Source of the DNA: Deltaproteobacteria bacterium
GTDB taxonomy: Bacteria > Myxococcota_A > Polyangia > Fen-1088
NCBI GenBank assembly: GCA_034439895.1
Contig: JAWXBF010000248.1
Span: 1 to 56,086 of the forward strand
Reading direction: 5' to 3'
Length of the DNA: 56,086 nucleotides
In this document: piece after piece, positions 35,270 to 44,805 of the stretch
Layout of the letters: every line of letters starts with the position of its first letter
Numbering within the stretch: the first letter of the stretch is position 1
Notes under the pieces: generated by a model
What the model saw: the letters and a program-made list of their open reading frames with translations, nothing else
What the model was told of the DNA's origin: nothing
Database searches by the model: none
Translations under genes and position numbers: made by a program

Positions 35270-37111
35270 ATGCGACCGATTACGGCCCGAGTCAATCTCC
35301 CTGTCACCGACCGAAGATTACGACCTGCCCTGCACACGGCAGCCCTTTGCCTCGGCCTGCTCGGCGTTTCCGCGTGCGAACGCACTGAACTCGGAGGGCT
35401 CGATCTGTCCACCGATGACGGTTTGATCGATCCGGGCACGGACGCTGGCGCTCCCGATGCGGTCGCCACCAAACCGCGCGAGAAGCCGACGGGGACCTTG
35501 TGTGTTGCGGATGATTCTGCCGAAAATGGCGACCGCCCGCTGACTCGCATGCAATACATCAACTCCCTGCAAGACGTCTTCGTCGCAACGATCGGTGTTG
35601 GTGCCGCGGAAAAACTGATGGCATCCCTCGGGGACGCCCTACTAAAATTGCCGGCGGATCGATACCCGGAAGGACATCGCACCGGTTTCCGACGTGAAGT
35701 GCGCGAGCTCGACATGCTCGAGATCGAGGCGCGCATCCGAATCGCACAACAGGCGTCCGTCGCCTTTTCCGTCGACCGCGACGCCCTCACGCTCCTCGGC
35801 CCGTGTGGCGAAACCGCCAGTACGATTGGCACCGTCGCGAAATGCTTCCGCCAGTTCGTCAGTCGTTTTGCCGAGCGCGCTTACCGAAGGCCGCTTGATA
35901 ATGCCGAGCTCGATGTGCTCTCCGCCAACCATGCTCCCGCTGATCGTTTCGTCGGCGATGCCATCCGCAAGGTGGTCTCGACGGTGCTTGCGAATCGGGA
36001 GTTCTATTACCGAATCGCACGGGGTGCCGAGCCAGTCGTAGGTCAGGCCGGCGTATTCGAGTTGTCGACGTTTGAGCTGGCGGCGCGGCTTTCGTATCAC
36101 TTGATGGATGCGCCACCCGACGAGGCGCTCCGACAGGCTGCAAGCGATCGATCGCTGCGGAATCCCGCAGTATACGCAGAACAAATCGAACGGTTGCTCA
36201 ACAGCGAAGCGGGACGTCTGATGCTCGCTGGATTCTTTTTCGATTATCTCGGGCTCGCGCAGGTGCCTGATCCGGCAACGATCACGGATCCCCGCTTTGT
36301 TGCACTCGCGGGAACCGAACGCCCGACTGCCGAATTTCACAGCCATGTGATTGCGGAAGCCGTGGATATGGGTGTGATGACGGTGCGCAAAGGTGCGTCG
36401 CTTGCCGAGCTCTTCACAGAAGGACGCTCTTACGCGCGGACGCCCGATCTGGCGGCCATTTACGGCGCGCCGGTTTGGGATGGGGTTTCGGATCCGCCGA
36501 GGATCACAAACCGACCCGGGATCCTCTCGCATGCCTGGTTCAATCTAGCCGACGGCGTACAGTCGCGACCCCTGCGCAAGGGAGCCCAATTGCGCTCACA
36601 TTTCCTTTGCGAAAACATTCCGTTCCCCCCGGGGCTGCTCACCCCGCCGCCCATCGCGCCCGGATTGACTGGGCGAGAAAACATCGACGCCATTTATCGC
36701 AATGGCGGATCAGTATGCCTGACCTGCCACGGCTCAATGGCTCCGTTGGGATACGCATTTGAAACGTACGACGTTCTTGGGCGCGTTCGAACGGAAGAAA
36801 CTGTCTACGATGGCAATGGACAGCCTAACGGGAAGAAGCCAGTGAACTCCACCGCGGTTCCGCAGGTCGTCGAAGGTGATCTCAGACCCGTCACCGGCCC
36901 GGCGGATTTTGTATCTCGGTTGGTTGAAAGTGGAAAGCTTTCATCGTGCTTTGCAGCCCAGGTGTACCAGTTCACCTTGGGTCGACCGGTCGTCGATTCA
37001 AAACAAAGCTGTGCCATCGCTCAGCTTACGGAGCATGCGGAGCACTTCTCGCTGCGAGACACGTTTGCTGCCTCGGCCCGACTGGCCGAGTTCACACGCG
37101 TCCGCCGCTGA
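35270..37111 (+). CDS. DUF1592/DUF1588-type protein with a CXXCH motif, probable lipoprotein
   Basis: The ATG 35270 start gives ..LHTAALCLGLLGVSAC. C-terminal block GGSVCLTCHGSMAPLGYAFETYDVLGRVR is characteristic of the DUF1588 region. Also ELAARLSYHLMDAPPDEAL. Confidence 0.75.
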   Translation: MRPITARVNLPVTDRRLRPALHTAALCLGLLGVSACERTELGGLDLSTDDGLIDPGTDAGAPDAVATKPREKPTGTLCVADDSAENGDRPLTRMQYINSLQDVFVATIGVGAAEKLMASLGDALLKLPADRYPEGHRTGFRREVRELDMLEIEARIRIAQQASVAFSVDRDALTLLGPCGETASTIGTVAKCFRQFVSRFAERAYRRPLDNAELDVLSANHAPADRFVGDAIRKVVSTVLANREFYYRIARGAEPVVGQAGVFELSTFELAARLSYHLMDAPPDEALRQAASDRSLRNPAVYAEQIERLLNSEAGRLMLAGFFFDYLGLAQVPDPATITDPRFVALAGTERPTAEFHSHVIAEAVDMGVMTVRKGASLAELFTEGRSYARTPDLAAIYGAPVWDGVSDPPRITNRPGILSHAWFNLADGVQSRPLRKGAQLRSHFLCENIPFPPGLLTPPPIAPGLTGRENIDAIYRNGGSVCLTCHGSMAPLGYAFETYDVLGRVRTEETVYDGNGQPNGKKPVNSTAVPQVVEGDLRPVTGPADFVSRLVESGKLSSCFAAQVYQFTLGRPVVDSKQSCAIAQLTEHAEHFSLRDTFAASARLAEFTRVRR

Positions 37112-37116
37112 GTGCG

Positions 37117-38220
37117 CTATTCGAAGAACCCCTTGACGGCCTCGACAACCATCGCGATCTCGCCGTCGGTCATCTCGGGGAACATCGGAAGCGAGAGGAC
37201 CTCCCTCGACGCGCGCTCGGCTTCCGGAAACGTTTCACCGGACGCGACGAATCCCGTGAACGCCTCCTGCAGGTGCAGCGGCCTCGGGTAGTGAATCGCG
37301 GAGGGAATATCCTTGTCCTTCAAAAATGCAGCAAGCTGATCGCGGCTATCGGTGCGAATCGTGTATTGCTGATAGACGTGTTCGCAATCCGGAGATACGT
37401 ACGGTGTTTGGATGGGCAGACCCTTGAAGGCCACATCGTAGGCCAAGGCGACCCGACGCCGGCCTTCGTTGAAGGACTGCAGATGGGGCAACTTGGCAAG
37501 CAGCACCGCGGCCTGCAGGGTATCGAGACGGCTGTTGATCCCAACCAGTTCGTGTTGATAACGAATCCGCGAACCGTGGTTCGCAATCATTCGGCACCGC
37601 GCTGCCAGCTCTGGGCTGCGCACGGTGAGGGCACCACCATCGCCGAAACAACCCAGGTTTTTGGCGGGGAAAAAGCTGAGGCAACCGATCTCGCCCATGA
37701 CGCCTGCTTGCCGACCCTTGTGGCGCGCACCGATCGCCTGCGCCGTGTCCTCGATGATTGGCAGATTGTGCTTTCGGCCAAGCGCAAGCAACGGATCCAT
37801 CTCGACGCACTGTCCATAAAGGTGCACGGGAACGATGGCCCGGGTGCGATCGGTGATGCGTTTCTCAACGGCACCAATGTCAAGATTGTAGGTCTTCGGA
37901 TCGATGTCGACGAACACAGGTTTGGCGCCCAACAAGACAAGCGCTTCGACTGTAGCGACAAACGTAAACGGCGTCGTGATGACTTCATCTCCCGTTCCAA
38001 TGCCAAGTGCCATGAAGGCAACTTGCAGCGCCTCGGTTCCGGAAGCACAAGACACCACGTTGGTGCCGCCCATCCATTCACCAAGTGCCTTTTCAAAAGC
38101 CACGACCGAAGGGCCGTTGATGTAGGCAGCCTTTTCGAGAACGGCGGACATCGCTGCGTCGATTTCAGTTTTGTGAGCTCGGTAATTCCTGCCGAGATCC
38201 ACCATTTGAAGTTTGCTCAT
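37117..38220 (-). CDS. DegT/DnrJ/EryC1/StrS family PLP-dependent sugar aminotransferase
   Basis: YINGPSVVAFEKAL, PFTFVATVEA, PLP-lysine context SFFPAKNLGCFGDGG, and a C-terminal LSLPMFPEMT. Confidence 0.9.
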   Translation of the reverse strand: MSKLQMVDLGRNYRAHKTEIDAAMSAVLEKAAYINGPSVVAFEKALGEWMGGTNVVSCASGTEALQVAFMALGIGTGDEVITTPFTFVATVEALVLLGAKPVFVDIDPKTYNLDIGAVEKRITDRTRAIVPVHLYGQCVEMDPLLALGRKHNLPIIEDTAQAIGARHKGRQAGVMGEIGCLSFFPAKNLGCFGDGGALTVRSPELAARCRMIANHGSRIRYQHELVGINSRLDTLQAAVLLAKLPHLQSFNEGRRRVALAYDVAFKGLPIQTPYVSPDCEHVYQQYTIRTDSRDQLAAFLKDKDIPSAIHYPRPLHLQEAFTGFVASGETFPEAERASREVLSLPMFPEMTDGEIAMVVEAVKGFFE

Positions 38221-38975
38221 GTCGCTCCGGGGAGGGTTAGTACGAATAACAACGACTGTCCGAACGGGATATGGAGGCGATCGTGGAGAAAATCGTCGAT
38301 CGGCGTCAACAGCGGCGCAACCGCCTCGAAGGCCGAAACGCTCGCGCTTCCGATCCGATCACGACCCAAAACGTTGCCCTGAAACCACCAGCCCGGTAAC
38401 GAGAGGGCATTGAAAAAGCGGGTTTGTAGCTGCGCGCGCGGCGCCACCCTCGATGCGAGAAAGCGAATCCTGTGCAAATCGTAACGTCGATGGTGACCGA
38501 AACGGCGATCCATCGCGTTGAAGGCAAACGGATGGGCCGGGACAAAGGTGACCAGGCGTTTGGGACCTGGGGCCGTACTTTGCTTCAAGATGGATAGCAA
38601 ACAACCAAGGGCCGCCTCGTCATTCTCAATGTGTTCGAGCACGTTGAATGAAACGATCGTATCGGGAGCCTCGGCAACAATGGCTTCAAGGCCCGCTCCG
38701 GTTCCGATGTCGAAGGCGTGGACCACAGCGCCTCTTTGAGCGGCTTCGCAATGGCGCAAACGTTCAAGCAACGCAGGTTCCATCTCGGAGAGAATCAGTC
38801 GCTTTCGGGCGGGCAGGTGATTCGACATGCTGCCGATCCCCGCACCGACCTCTAGAATCCTTTCGCCCAAAAATGACAGCACCAACTTCGCAACCCACGC
38901 CTGGTAGCGATGGGCACCGGCGAGTGCATCGAGTTCAAACGGCAACGGAGCATCGGTCTGTGAATGGCGTGACAC
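38217..38975 (-). CDS. Class I SAM-dependent methyltransferase
   Basis: SAM motif I ILEVGAGIGSMSNHL and post-I ILSEME. The stop overlaps the degT-like ATG (ATGA). Confidence 0.8.
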   Translation of the reverse strand: MSRHSQTDAPLPFELDALAGAHRYQAWVAKLVLSFLGERILEVGAGIGSMSNHLPARKRLILSEMEPALLERLRHCEAAQRGAVVHAFDIGTGAGLEAIVAEAPDTIVSFNVLEHIENDEAALGCLLSILKQSTAPGPKRLVTFVPAHPFAFNAMDRRFGHHRRYDLHRIRFLASRVAPRAQLQTRFFNALSLPGWWFQGNVLGRDRIGSASVSAFEAVAPLLTPIDDFLHDRLHIPFGQSLLFVLTLPGAT

Positions 38976-38982
38976 GATTATC

Positions 38983-40719
38983 TTAAAATGTTCCGCCCGC
39001 CATCAGGCCCGGCACGAGGCGCGACATCCCGGCAGCGTCGGTGACAGGAACGACCGAGGGAACCGGTGGCGAGATCGAGGGCGAGAACACCGACGGTCGA
39101 GCGGGAGCCACCGCACCCTCGTTCAAACGCCGTTCGTAACCGCGGGTCAGAAACCATCCGGCACCGACACCGAGTACACCACCCACAAGTGCAAGCCGAG
39201 CCGTCACGGGGCCTTTTGCCCATCCGCCACCGCAATGCTCGGGATCGGCTTCACAGTTGATGAGCGCCGCCGTCACGGCGCCCGTGAAGGCACCTGCGAG
39301 GCCGCCCACGTTCATCAGCAACACGCTTTGCCAGTGCAACCCGTACTGCGATTGGTCCGGCAGATAGGCCATCGCGAGTCCCGCCCCGAGACCCAGGTTT
39401 AATCCGCCAAAAACTGTGAGCGCCTGCCCGCGAGCGATCCCATCGGAAAATGTGCAATGACCGCCCTCTGAATTCCCACCGATACAAAAAGCGGGAACCG
39501 CAAGCATGCCGGCAAGGATTCCCGCACCCGTCGCACTTTGTAGCAGGGCTGCTCGCCCGTATTTTGGCGCGTACCCATCAAAATACGCACCGGCAATCGC
39601 ACCCGTCGTAAGACCCGCGACACCTCCAATCCACGCACCCTTGGCGCGTGCATCCACCGCAAGACCAAGCGCAGCACCTTCGACTGCGCCGGTCCAAACG
39701 GCACCGATGCGAAAGAGTGCCTGATTGTCCGGAATGTAGTCCGGCAAGAGAGCATTCGCGACCAGGGCACCGGTCGCGCCGCTTGCGACGGCCGCTCCCA
39801 GCAACAGGGAATTGGTGGCAGAGGTGACATCGGCCAGATTGTCGGGCTGTAGTTTGGCGGCGATCGCGCCTGCGCCCGCCACACCCGCCATCGCGGTCCA
39901 AAAGGCCATCAACTCGGGCCGACCCGAACGCTGGACGTATTCCAGGCGGAACTCGACGTCGGTCACCTCGCCGGCCTCAACCCGAATGCGTTCGCGCCGG
40001 GCCACGTGGTCGGTGGCCTCGGCGTAGATTTCATATTCACCGGGCTCCACGTCCTGAACGTAAGGATTCTCCGCGCGAACACCGCGGACAAACAATACCG
40101 CCTTGTCGGGAATCGTTCGGATGGTCAGACGCGCAGGCACCGGTTGCAGCTTGAAGAACAACTGACGGGTCTCGGCAGTATCAACCGACACGTCGCGTGT
40201 GATGCTTTGATAGTTCTCCTTTGTAATCGTAATGCGATACCGCCCACGTGGCACCTGAAATTCATTGGGAGCATCGCCCTCTACCCGCGTGCCGTTGCCC
40301 TCGATGACCACCTTGACCGCATCGGGATCGGTCGCAACGAAAAGCACGCCAGGTCGACGTTCGATAGCGGTGATGCGAACCCGCGCGGTATCCGCCACTG
40401 CGCCATTCGGATCGTTTTTGAGGTAGTGCTCGTAGTGACCACGCGCCTCACGCAACTTGCCAAGGTGGTATTCGCACTGGGCCATCATGAACACAATGTC
40501 ATTGGAGGGGAACAGCTCATGTGCGAGCTGAAACTCGATGAGCGCCTGTTCGCGATCGCCCGACTCGAAGAGGCTCAATCCCGAGCGATAGTGCTTTTCC
40601 GATCGCCCCCGTATTTCGTCAACCGCAACACCGGGCGCCGACGGTTGCGCGTCGGCGGGGTTCAGCGCCCCGGTGAGAGCGAGACACACCAGCAAAACCG
40701 TCTGGAAAAGCCGCATCAT
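38983..40719 (-). CDS. Secreted TPR + tandem PEGA domain protein with a Gly-rich multi-pass C-terminal membrane region
   Basis: Signal MMRLFQTVLLVCLALTGALNPADA. TPR-like helices. PEGA-type beta modules (VLFVATDPDAVKVVIEGN..VPRGRYRITITKENY, RLTIRTIPDKAVLFVRG..EPGEYEIYAEA). About 300 aa of Gly/Ala-rich hydrophobic helices follow. Confidence 0.75.
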   Translation of the reverse strand: MMRLFQTVLLVCLALTGALNPADAQPSAPGVAVDEIRGRSEKHYRSGLSLFESGDREQALIEFQLAHELFPSNDIVFMMAQCEYHLGKLREARGHYEHYLKNDPNGAVADTARVRITAIERRPGVLFVATDPDAVKVVIEGNGTRVEGDAPNEFQVPRGRYRITITKENYQSITRDVSVDTAETRQLFFKLQPVPARLTIRTIPDKAVLFVRGVRAENPYVQDVEPGEYEIYAEATDHVARRERIRVEAGEVTDVEFRLEYVQRSGRPELMAFWTAMAGVAGAGAIAAKLQPDNLADVTSATNSLLLGAAVASGATGALVANALLPDYIPDNQALFRIGAVWTGAVEGAALGLAVDARAKGAWIGGVAGLTTGAIAGAYFDGYAPKYGRAALLQSATGAGILAGMLAVPAFCIGGNSEGGHCTFSDGIARGQALTVFGGLNLGLGAGLAMAYLPDQSQYGLHWQSVLLMNVGGLAGAFTGAVTAALINCEADPEHCGGGWAKGPVTARLALVGGVLGVGAGWFLTRGYERRLNEGAVAPARPSVFSPSISPPVPSVVPVTDAAGMSRLVPGLMAGGTF

Positions 40720-42053
40720 GGTGTGGTTTTCCCCGGAACATTCCTCACTTTTTCGTAAACGCCTTCGGCCGGCAGCACCTGATCATCGCCTCGGTGTTCG
40801 ACCCGTTCGGGTGTGACCGGGGATTTTTCAACGGGAGTGGCAAGTGTATCCCGACTGATCGGAGGACGCTGCGCTGGCGTCTGCGGGCGAGCCGTTCCCG
40901 GCAGAGGCACGGGAGCAACAGGCGCGGACTCCACAAGCACCGCCTTCGGAAGAGGCAACCGAGCCGGTGCCACCGGTTGTCCTTTGGACAGAGCCGCAGG
41001 AAGCGTGCGAACGTTGACGATCTCCGTGGCGGGTCGTCGGCCGGCGAGCGAAACCGCAAGCCCCACACCAAGCAACATCACCGCGGCAATTCCCAGATAC
41101 CACCGCGGCCGCCCCTCAGTAACCTGCGAATGCCCTTGCCCAAGGTGGGGTGCCACATTGTTGGGCGTTCCGGTCTGCAAGGCCACGATTTCGCGTTCAA
41201 GTGATGCCATGTCTGCAAATCGTTGATCCCGATCCCGTGCAAGCGCGCGCATGACAACGGCGTCGACCGATGGCGGTATGTCGAGCTCGGGGCGCAAGGC
41301 AGATGGCGATACAATTTCGGTACCAAGTACCTGCGCAATCACGCGAAGGTAATTGTTGGCGCGAAAGGGAACGTCGCCGGTCAAGCATTCGTATAACAAA
41401 ATCCCCACGGCCCAAACGTCGGCGCGCGCATCGACGTCATCATCCCCGCGAGCCTGTTCAGGCGACATATAGAGTGGCGTACCCAGCAACACGCCGGTGC
41501 GGGTGATACGCAATGAATCCATACCTTCTTCGGTACTGCGAACCGCTTTGGACACGCCAAAATCGACGACTTTGACGAAATCGTTTTCACCACGTTGAAT
41601 GATGAAGACGTTCTCGGGCTTGATGTCGCGGTGAACGATACCCTTGGCGTGCGCCGCGCCGAGAGCGCTTGTCACCTGTCGGGAAATCGCCAGCGCCCGC
41701 GCAACCGGAAGTGGCGCCTCGCGGTTCAAGAGGGCCGCGAGCGATTCGCCTTCGAGGTATTCCATCGCGACGAATGCGCGCCCGTCGTCGGTCGAGCCAA
41801 AGTCGAGCACGTCGACAATGTTTTCGTGACCTATGCTGCTCGCCATTCGGGCTTCTTGCAGCAGCCGCCGTACCAGCTCGCGCTTCTCGAGCAGGCGCTC
41901 GAGCAACACCTTGACCGCGACCTTGCGTCCAATGACCGTGTGTCGGGCCTCGTAAACCGCGCCCATCCCACCTTCGCCGATTCGGCGCAGGATCTCATAA
42001 CGCCCGCCCAGGGTGGACCCGAGGAGCGCGTCGAACTTGGGCGCCTCAATCAC
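40716..42053 (-). CDS. Ser/Thr protein kinase, bitopic, with a Pro-rich extracytoplasmic tail
   Basis: GEGGMGAVYEA, VAVKVL, HRDIKPENV, DFGVSK, PLYMSPEQ. TM segment WYLGIAAVMLLGVGLAVSLAG. The stop overlaps the next ATG by 4 nt. Confidence 0.9.
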   Translation of the reverse strand: MIEAPKFDALLGSTLGGRYEILRRIGEGGMGAVYEARHTVIGRKVAVKVLLERLLEKRELVRRLLQEARMASSIGHENIVDVLDFGSTDDGRAFVAMEYLEGESLAALLNREAPLPVARALAISRQVTSALGAAHAKGIVHRDIKPENVFIIQRGENDFVKVVDFGVSKAVRSTEEGMDSLRITRTGVLLGTPLYMSPEQARGDDDVDARADVWAVGILLYECLTGDVPFRANNYLRVIAQVLGTEIVSPSALRPELDIPPSVDAVVMRALARDRDQRFADMASLEREIVALQTGTPNNVAPHLGQGHSQVTEGRPRWYLGIAAVMLLGVGLAVSLAGRRPATEIVNVRTLPAALSKGQPVAPARLPLPKAVLVESAPVAPVPLPGTARPQTPAQRPPISRDTLATPVEKSPVTPERVEHRGDDQVLPAEGVYEKVRNVPGKTTP

Positions 42054-42188
42054 AACCGCCCTACTCTAGCCTATCTCCCAACGCGGTGCATTTTTGGGCC
42101 GTCCCGGCGGTCGTCAAAAACGCCAGAAGTCCGGAAAGTGGTCCCGGTTACTTGAACGCAGGTCCCCTCCTGCCGATGATAACGCTCT

Positions 42189-43874
42189 GTGACGGTTGCG
42201 TTTTCGGGCCACAGCAAAGGCCCTCGACGGTGTGGATACCACCCTGCCCTGGCGGCGGGCTGGCAATGCACCGCCTGCGCGCAGCCGCTATGCCCGGACT
42301 GCGCCTCGCTTGTCGAACCCAAGACGGGCGCGCCCTACGTCACCTGCGCACACTGCGGCGGAATGGCCGGAACCCTCACCCGGCCGCGCTCGGAAGTCAT
42401 GCCCTTTTACAAGCGGCTCGTGCAGGCGCCGCTTTTCCCGTTCTCGCGCTCGGGCCTCCTGACCATTGGGGGACTCGCCCTCATGCTACTCGTCCTCGGG
42501 TACATGGGGGTCGGCCTCGCGTCCATCTTCGTACTTGTGATACGAAACGGCATTTACTGGTCATACGTTTTCTACCTGATTCGCCAGACTGCCAACGGCA
42601 ACAAACGACTGGGTACGCCCGAGTTCCGCAACGTCGGTGAAGACATTGTGATGCCCCTGATTCGCGGCATAGTCGGAACATCGATCGTTTGGTTTCCCGC
42701 ATTTCTATACATTGCCACGAGCGACTGGTCGCTCGACGAGATCGTGAATCTCACCGTACTCGAAGATCCGATATTGTGGTTGTTTGTCGCCGGCGGAATC
42801 ATCTACGCTCCCATGGCGATCATCGCTGCCGCCACCGACATCGGGATCCTGGGGATGCTCAACCCGATCCAGATCGTTGGCTACATCCGTCGCACCGGCA
42901 TCGACTACTTCGTGGCGATACTCGGATTGATCTTCATGATCCCACTGCACTGGGTGATAGGCATTCTCGGCACCCTGCTCTCGACAGCCTTGCCGATCCC
43001 GGTTCTGTCCGGCTGGTTGATGCAGGTGTTTTCACTTTACCCGATGTTCGTGTGGGCCCACATGATGGGACTCGTCTTGTTTGTTCACGGACAGGCGCTC
43101 GACTGGGGCGACGACCAGCTTTACCAGGAACCGATCTTGCCCGGCGTCGAGCCGAGGGGTGAGCGCGTCCTGCCCGCGCCAAAGCCCGATGCGCGCACCT
43201 TCGAGCCCATCGATCTGACGCCCATGTCCGACGATCCCTTTGATTCGCGCGAAGCACAGACGGCTTCCGCCCTGCCCTCCCACGGTCGCGGCGTGGACCT
43301 GCGCACCCCCACGCCTCAACCACGCGATCCCTTCGCTCCGCCCGACGAGGCTTACAGCGCCCCCGACCACCGCATCGCGCTTGGCGTGCCCGACGAACTG
43401 TTGGCCCTACCCCTGCCGATTTCATCTGACGCCGGCGACGAAGACCGCGATGCCCGGCCCCGATGGTCTGCGGATCTTGCCGATTCGGGGGTACACATTC
43501 CGGAATACCTCGGCCCGGCGGCGGGCGTGAAACAGGCGCTCGCAGCGAAGAATTTCGAGGAGGTGGTATCTCGATTCACCGCCGAACCGGCGTTCCTCGT
43601 TATTCATCTCAACGAGTCAGAACTGTTCATGGTGGGCGCCGCGCTGGCGCAATACCGCCAGGTTCCCCTTGCCATTGACGTGCTAAAACGCATTGCGTTT
43701 TCGGCAGATCCGATCGCGCCCAAGGCCATGTTCCTCTTGGCACGCCTCTATGCGGACGCGCGCAAGGACTACGACAACGCCGAACGGCTTTTCCGCACGA
43801 TCATGAAAAAATTCCCCGACTCACGCGAGGCGGCCGGCGCACGATCGCATTTGCAAAAGCTCGGCTACGAGTGA
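42189..43874 (+). CDS. Membrane protein with an N-terminal B-box-like Cys/His cluster and a C-terminal TPR-like region
   Basis: The GTG start gives ..CGYHPALAAGWQCTACAQPLCPDCASLVEPKTGAPYVTCAHCGG. Then about 6 TM helices, a Pro/Asp-rich linker, and a helical repeat ending ..MKKFPDSREAAGARSHLQKLG. Confidence 0.7.
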   Translation: MTVAFSGHSKGPRRCGYHPALAAGWQCTACAQPLCPDCASLVEPKTGAPYVTCAHCGGMAGTLTRPRSEVMPFYKRLVQAPLFPFSRSGLLTIGGLALMLLVLGYMGVGLASIFVLVIRNGIYWSYVFYLIRQTANGNKRLGTPEFRNVGEDIVMPLIRGIVGTSIVWFPAFLYIATSDWSLDEIVNLTVLEDPILWLFVAGGIIYAPMAIIAAATDIGILGMLNPIQIVGYIRRTGIDYFVAILGLIFMIPLHWVIGILGTLLSTALPIPVLSGWLMQVFSLYPMFVWAHMMGLVLFVHGQALDWGDDQLYQEPILPGVEPRGERVLPAPKPDARTFEPIDLTPMSDDPFDSREAQTASALPSHGRGVDLRTPTPQPRDPFAPPDEAYSAPDHRIALGVPDELLALPLPISSDAGDEDRDARPRWSADLADSGVHIPEYLGPAAGVKQALAAKNFEEVVSRFTAEPAFLVIHLNESELFMVGAALAQYRQVPLAIDVLKRIAFSADPIAPKAMFLLARLYADARKDYDNAERLFRTIMKKFPDSREAAGARSHLQKLGYE

Positions 43875-44803
43875 CGCCGCAACATCTCGACCACCGAATC
43901 CGGACCGAGCCGCAATCCGTCGCCGCTTTCAGTGGTTCGGTCGATCTGAATCACGTCGCCGCGCGCAAGATCCTCAAACGCCCGATTGGAATCGTTCCGA
44001 TCGCGCTTTTGCAATACGAATGCATTTCGACCCGAGGCACCGCAGGCGAAGATCTTCATCCGGCCTTTCTCCTTGATGAGATCACTTGTGACACGCATCT
44101 TCGCCCCGTCGGTCGGCGCCGGGCCAGGTTGCCGGAGAACGAGATAGCTGAAATCGGCGCGCGGCGCTCGGCCCCCCGGCCAGGGGGCGCTGTCGTGACA
44201 CCAGTCACGTTCACGTTGTAAAGCGGGACACGGACCCTGAAGAAAGCAAGGCGCTTCCACAAACCATAGTTCGGAAACCAAACGATCCCGAACCATCAAA
44301 AGCTCACGCGAGGTTTCCTTGAGTGCAGGCTCTAGTATCACCATCCGTCCACCGGGCAGGAGCAGGCTGGCGCACCACGCAAGCACCAGACGCGCGCGTG
44401 CCACGGCGTCGAGTGCCTTCAGCTCACACAAAAGGTGGGCGGCCACAATCAGATCGAACTGACCGGTGACGCCATTCGGAGGACAGGCCTTTATCACGTC
44501 CGCAACGATGATCCCCGGACCCGCAACCCGATCGACTGCGACCAGTTCGATGGCCTTGCCGTAGCGATTTCGTAGCACACGCCCCGCGGCCCCGGTGCCA
44601 GCGCCGAGATCGAGGGCACGTTGGGGTGAAAAATCAGCGGGAATGGCCGCCAAAACGCGATCAAGCTGCACCTCCGTCCGAGGTGCAATCTCGGCATCGT
44701 ACGCGCGGCGCAACTCCGGATCTTTCAGATAGGGCGTACCAAGCAAGGCCTGCTCGCCAATCAGACCGCGATGGATCCGCGAGCCGCGTGAACCCGATTT
44801 CAT
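43865..44803 (-). CDS. Rsm22-like SAM-dependent methyltransferase
   Basis: SAM motif ALDLGAGTGAAG, Cys cluster APCFLQGPCPALQRERDWCH typical of the Rsm22 family, and a C-terminal beta-rich extension. Confidence 0.65.
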   Translation of the reverse strand: MKSGSRGSRIHRGLIGEQALLGTPYLKDPELRRAYDAEIAPRTEVQLDRVLAAIPADFSPQRALDLGAGTGAAGRVLRNRYGKAIELVAVDRVAGPGIIVADVIKACPPNGVTGQFDLIVAAHLLCELKALDAVARARLVLAWCASLLLPGGRMVILEPALKETSRELLMVRDRLVSELWFVEAPCFLQGPCPALQRERDWCHDSAPWPGGRAPRADFSYLVLRQPGPAPTDGAKMRVTSDLIKEKGRMKIFACGASGRNAFVLQKRDRNDSNRAFEDLARGDVIQIDRTTESGDGLRLGPDSVVEMLRRHS

Positions 44804-44805
44804 CG

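Noticed and set aside
36946-38382. 478-aa plus-strand ORF that could have been the missing DUF1552 partner of the DUF1592-type gene
   Set aside because: It is antisense to the DegT aminotransferase and the methyltransferase, both well supported. It has no Tat signal and no DUF1552-like features.
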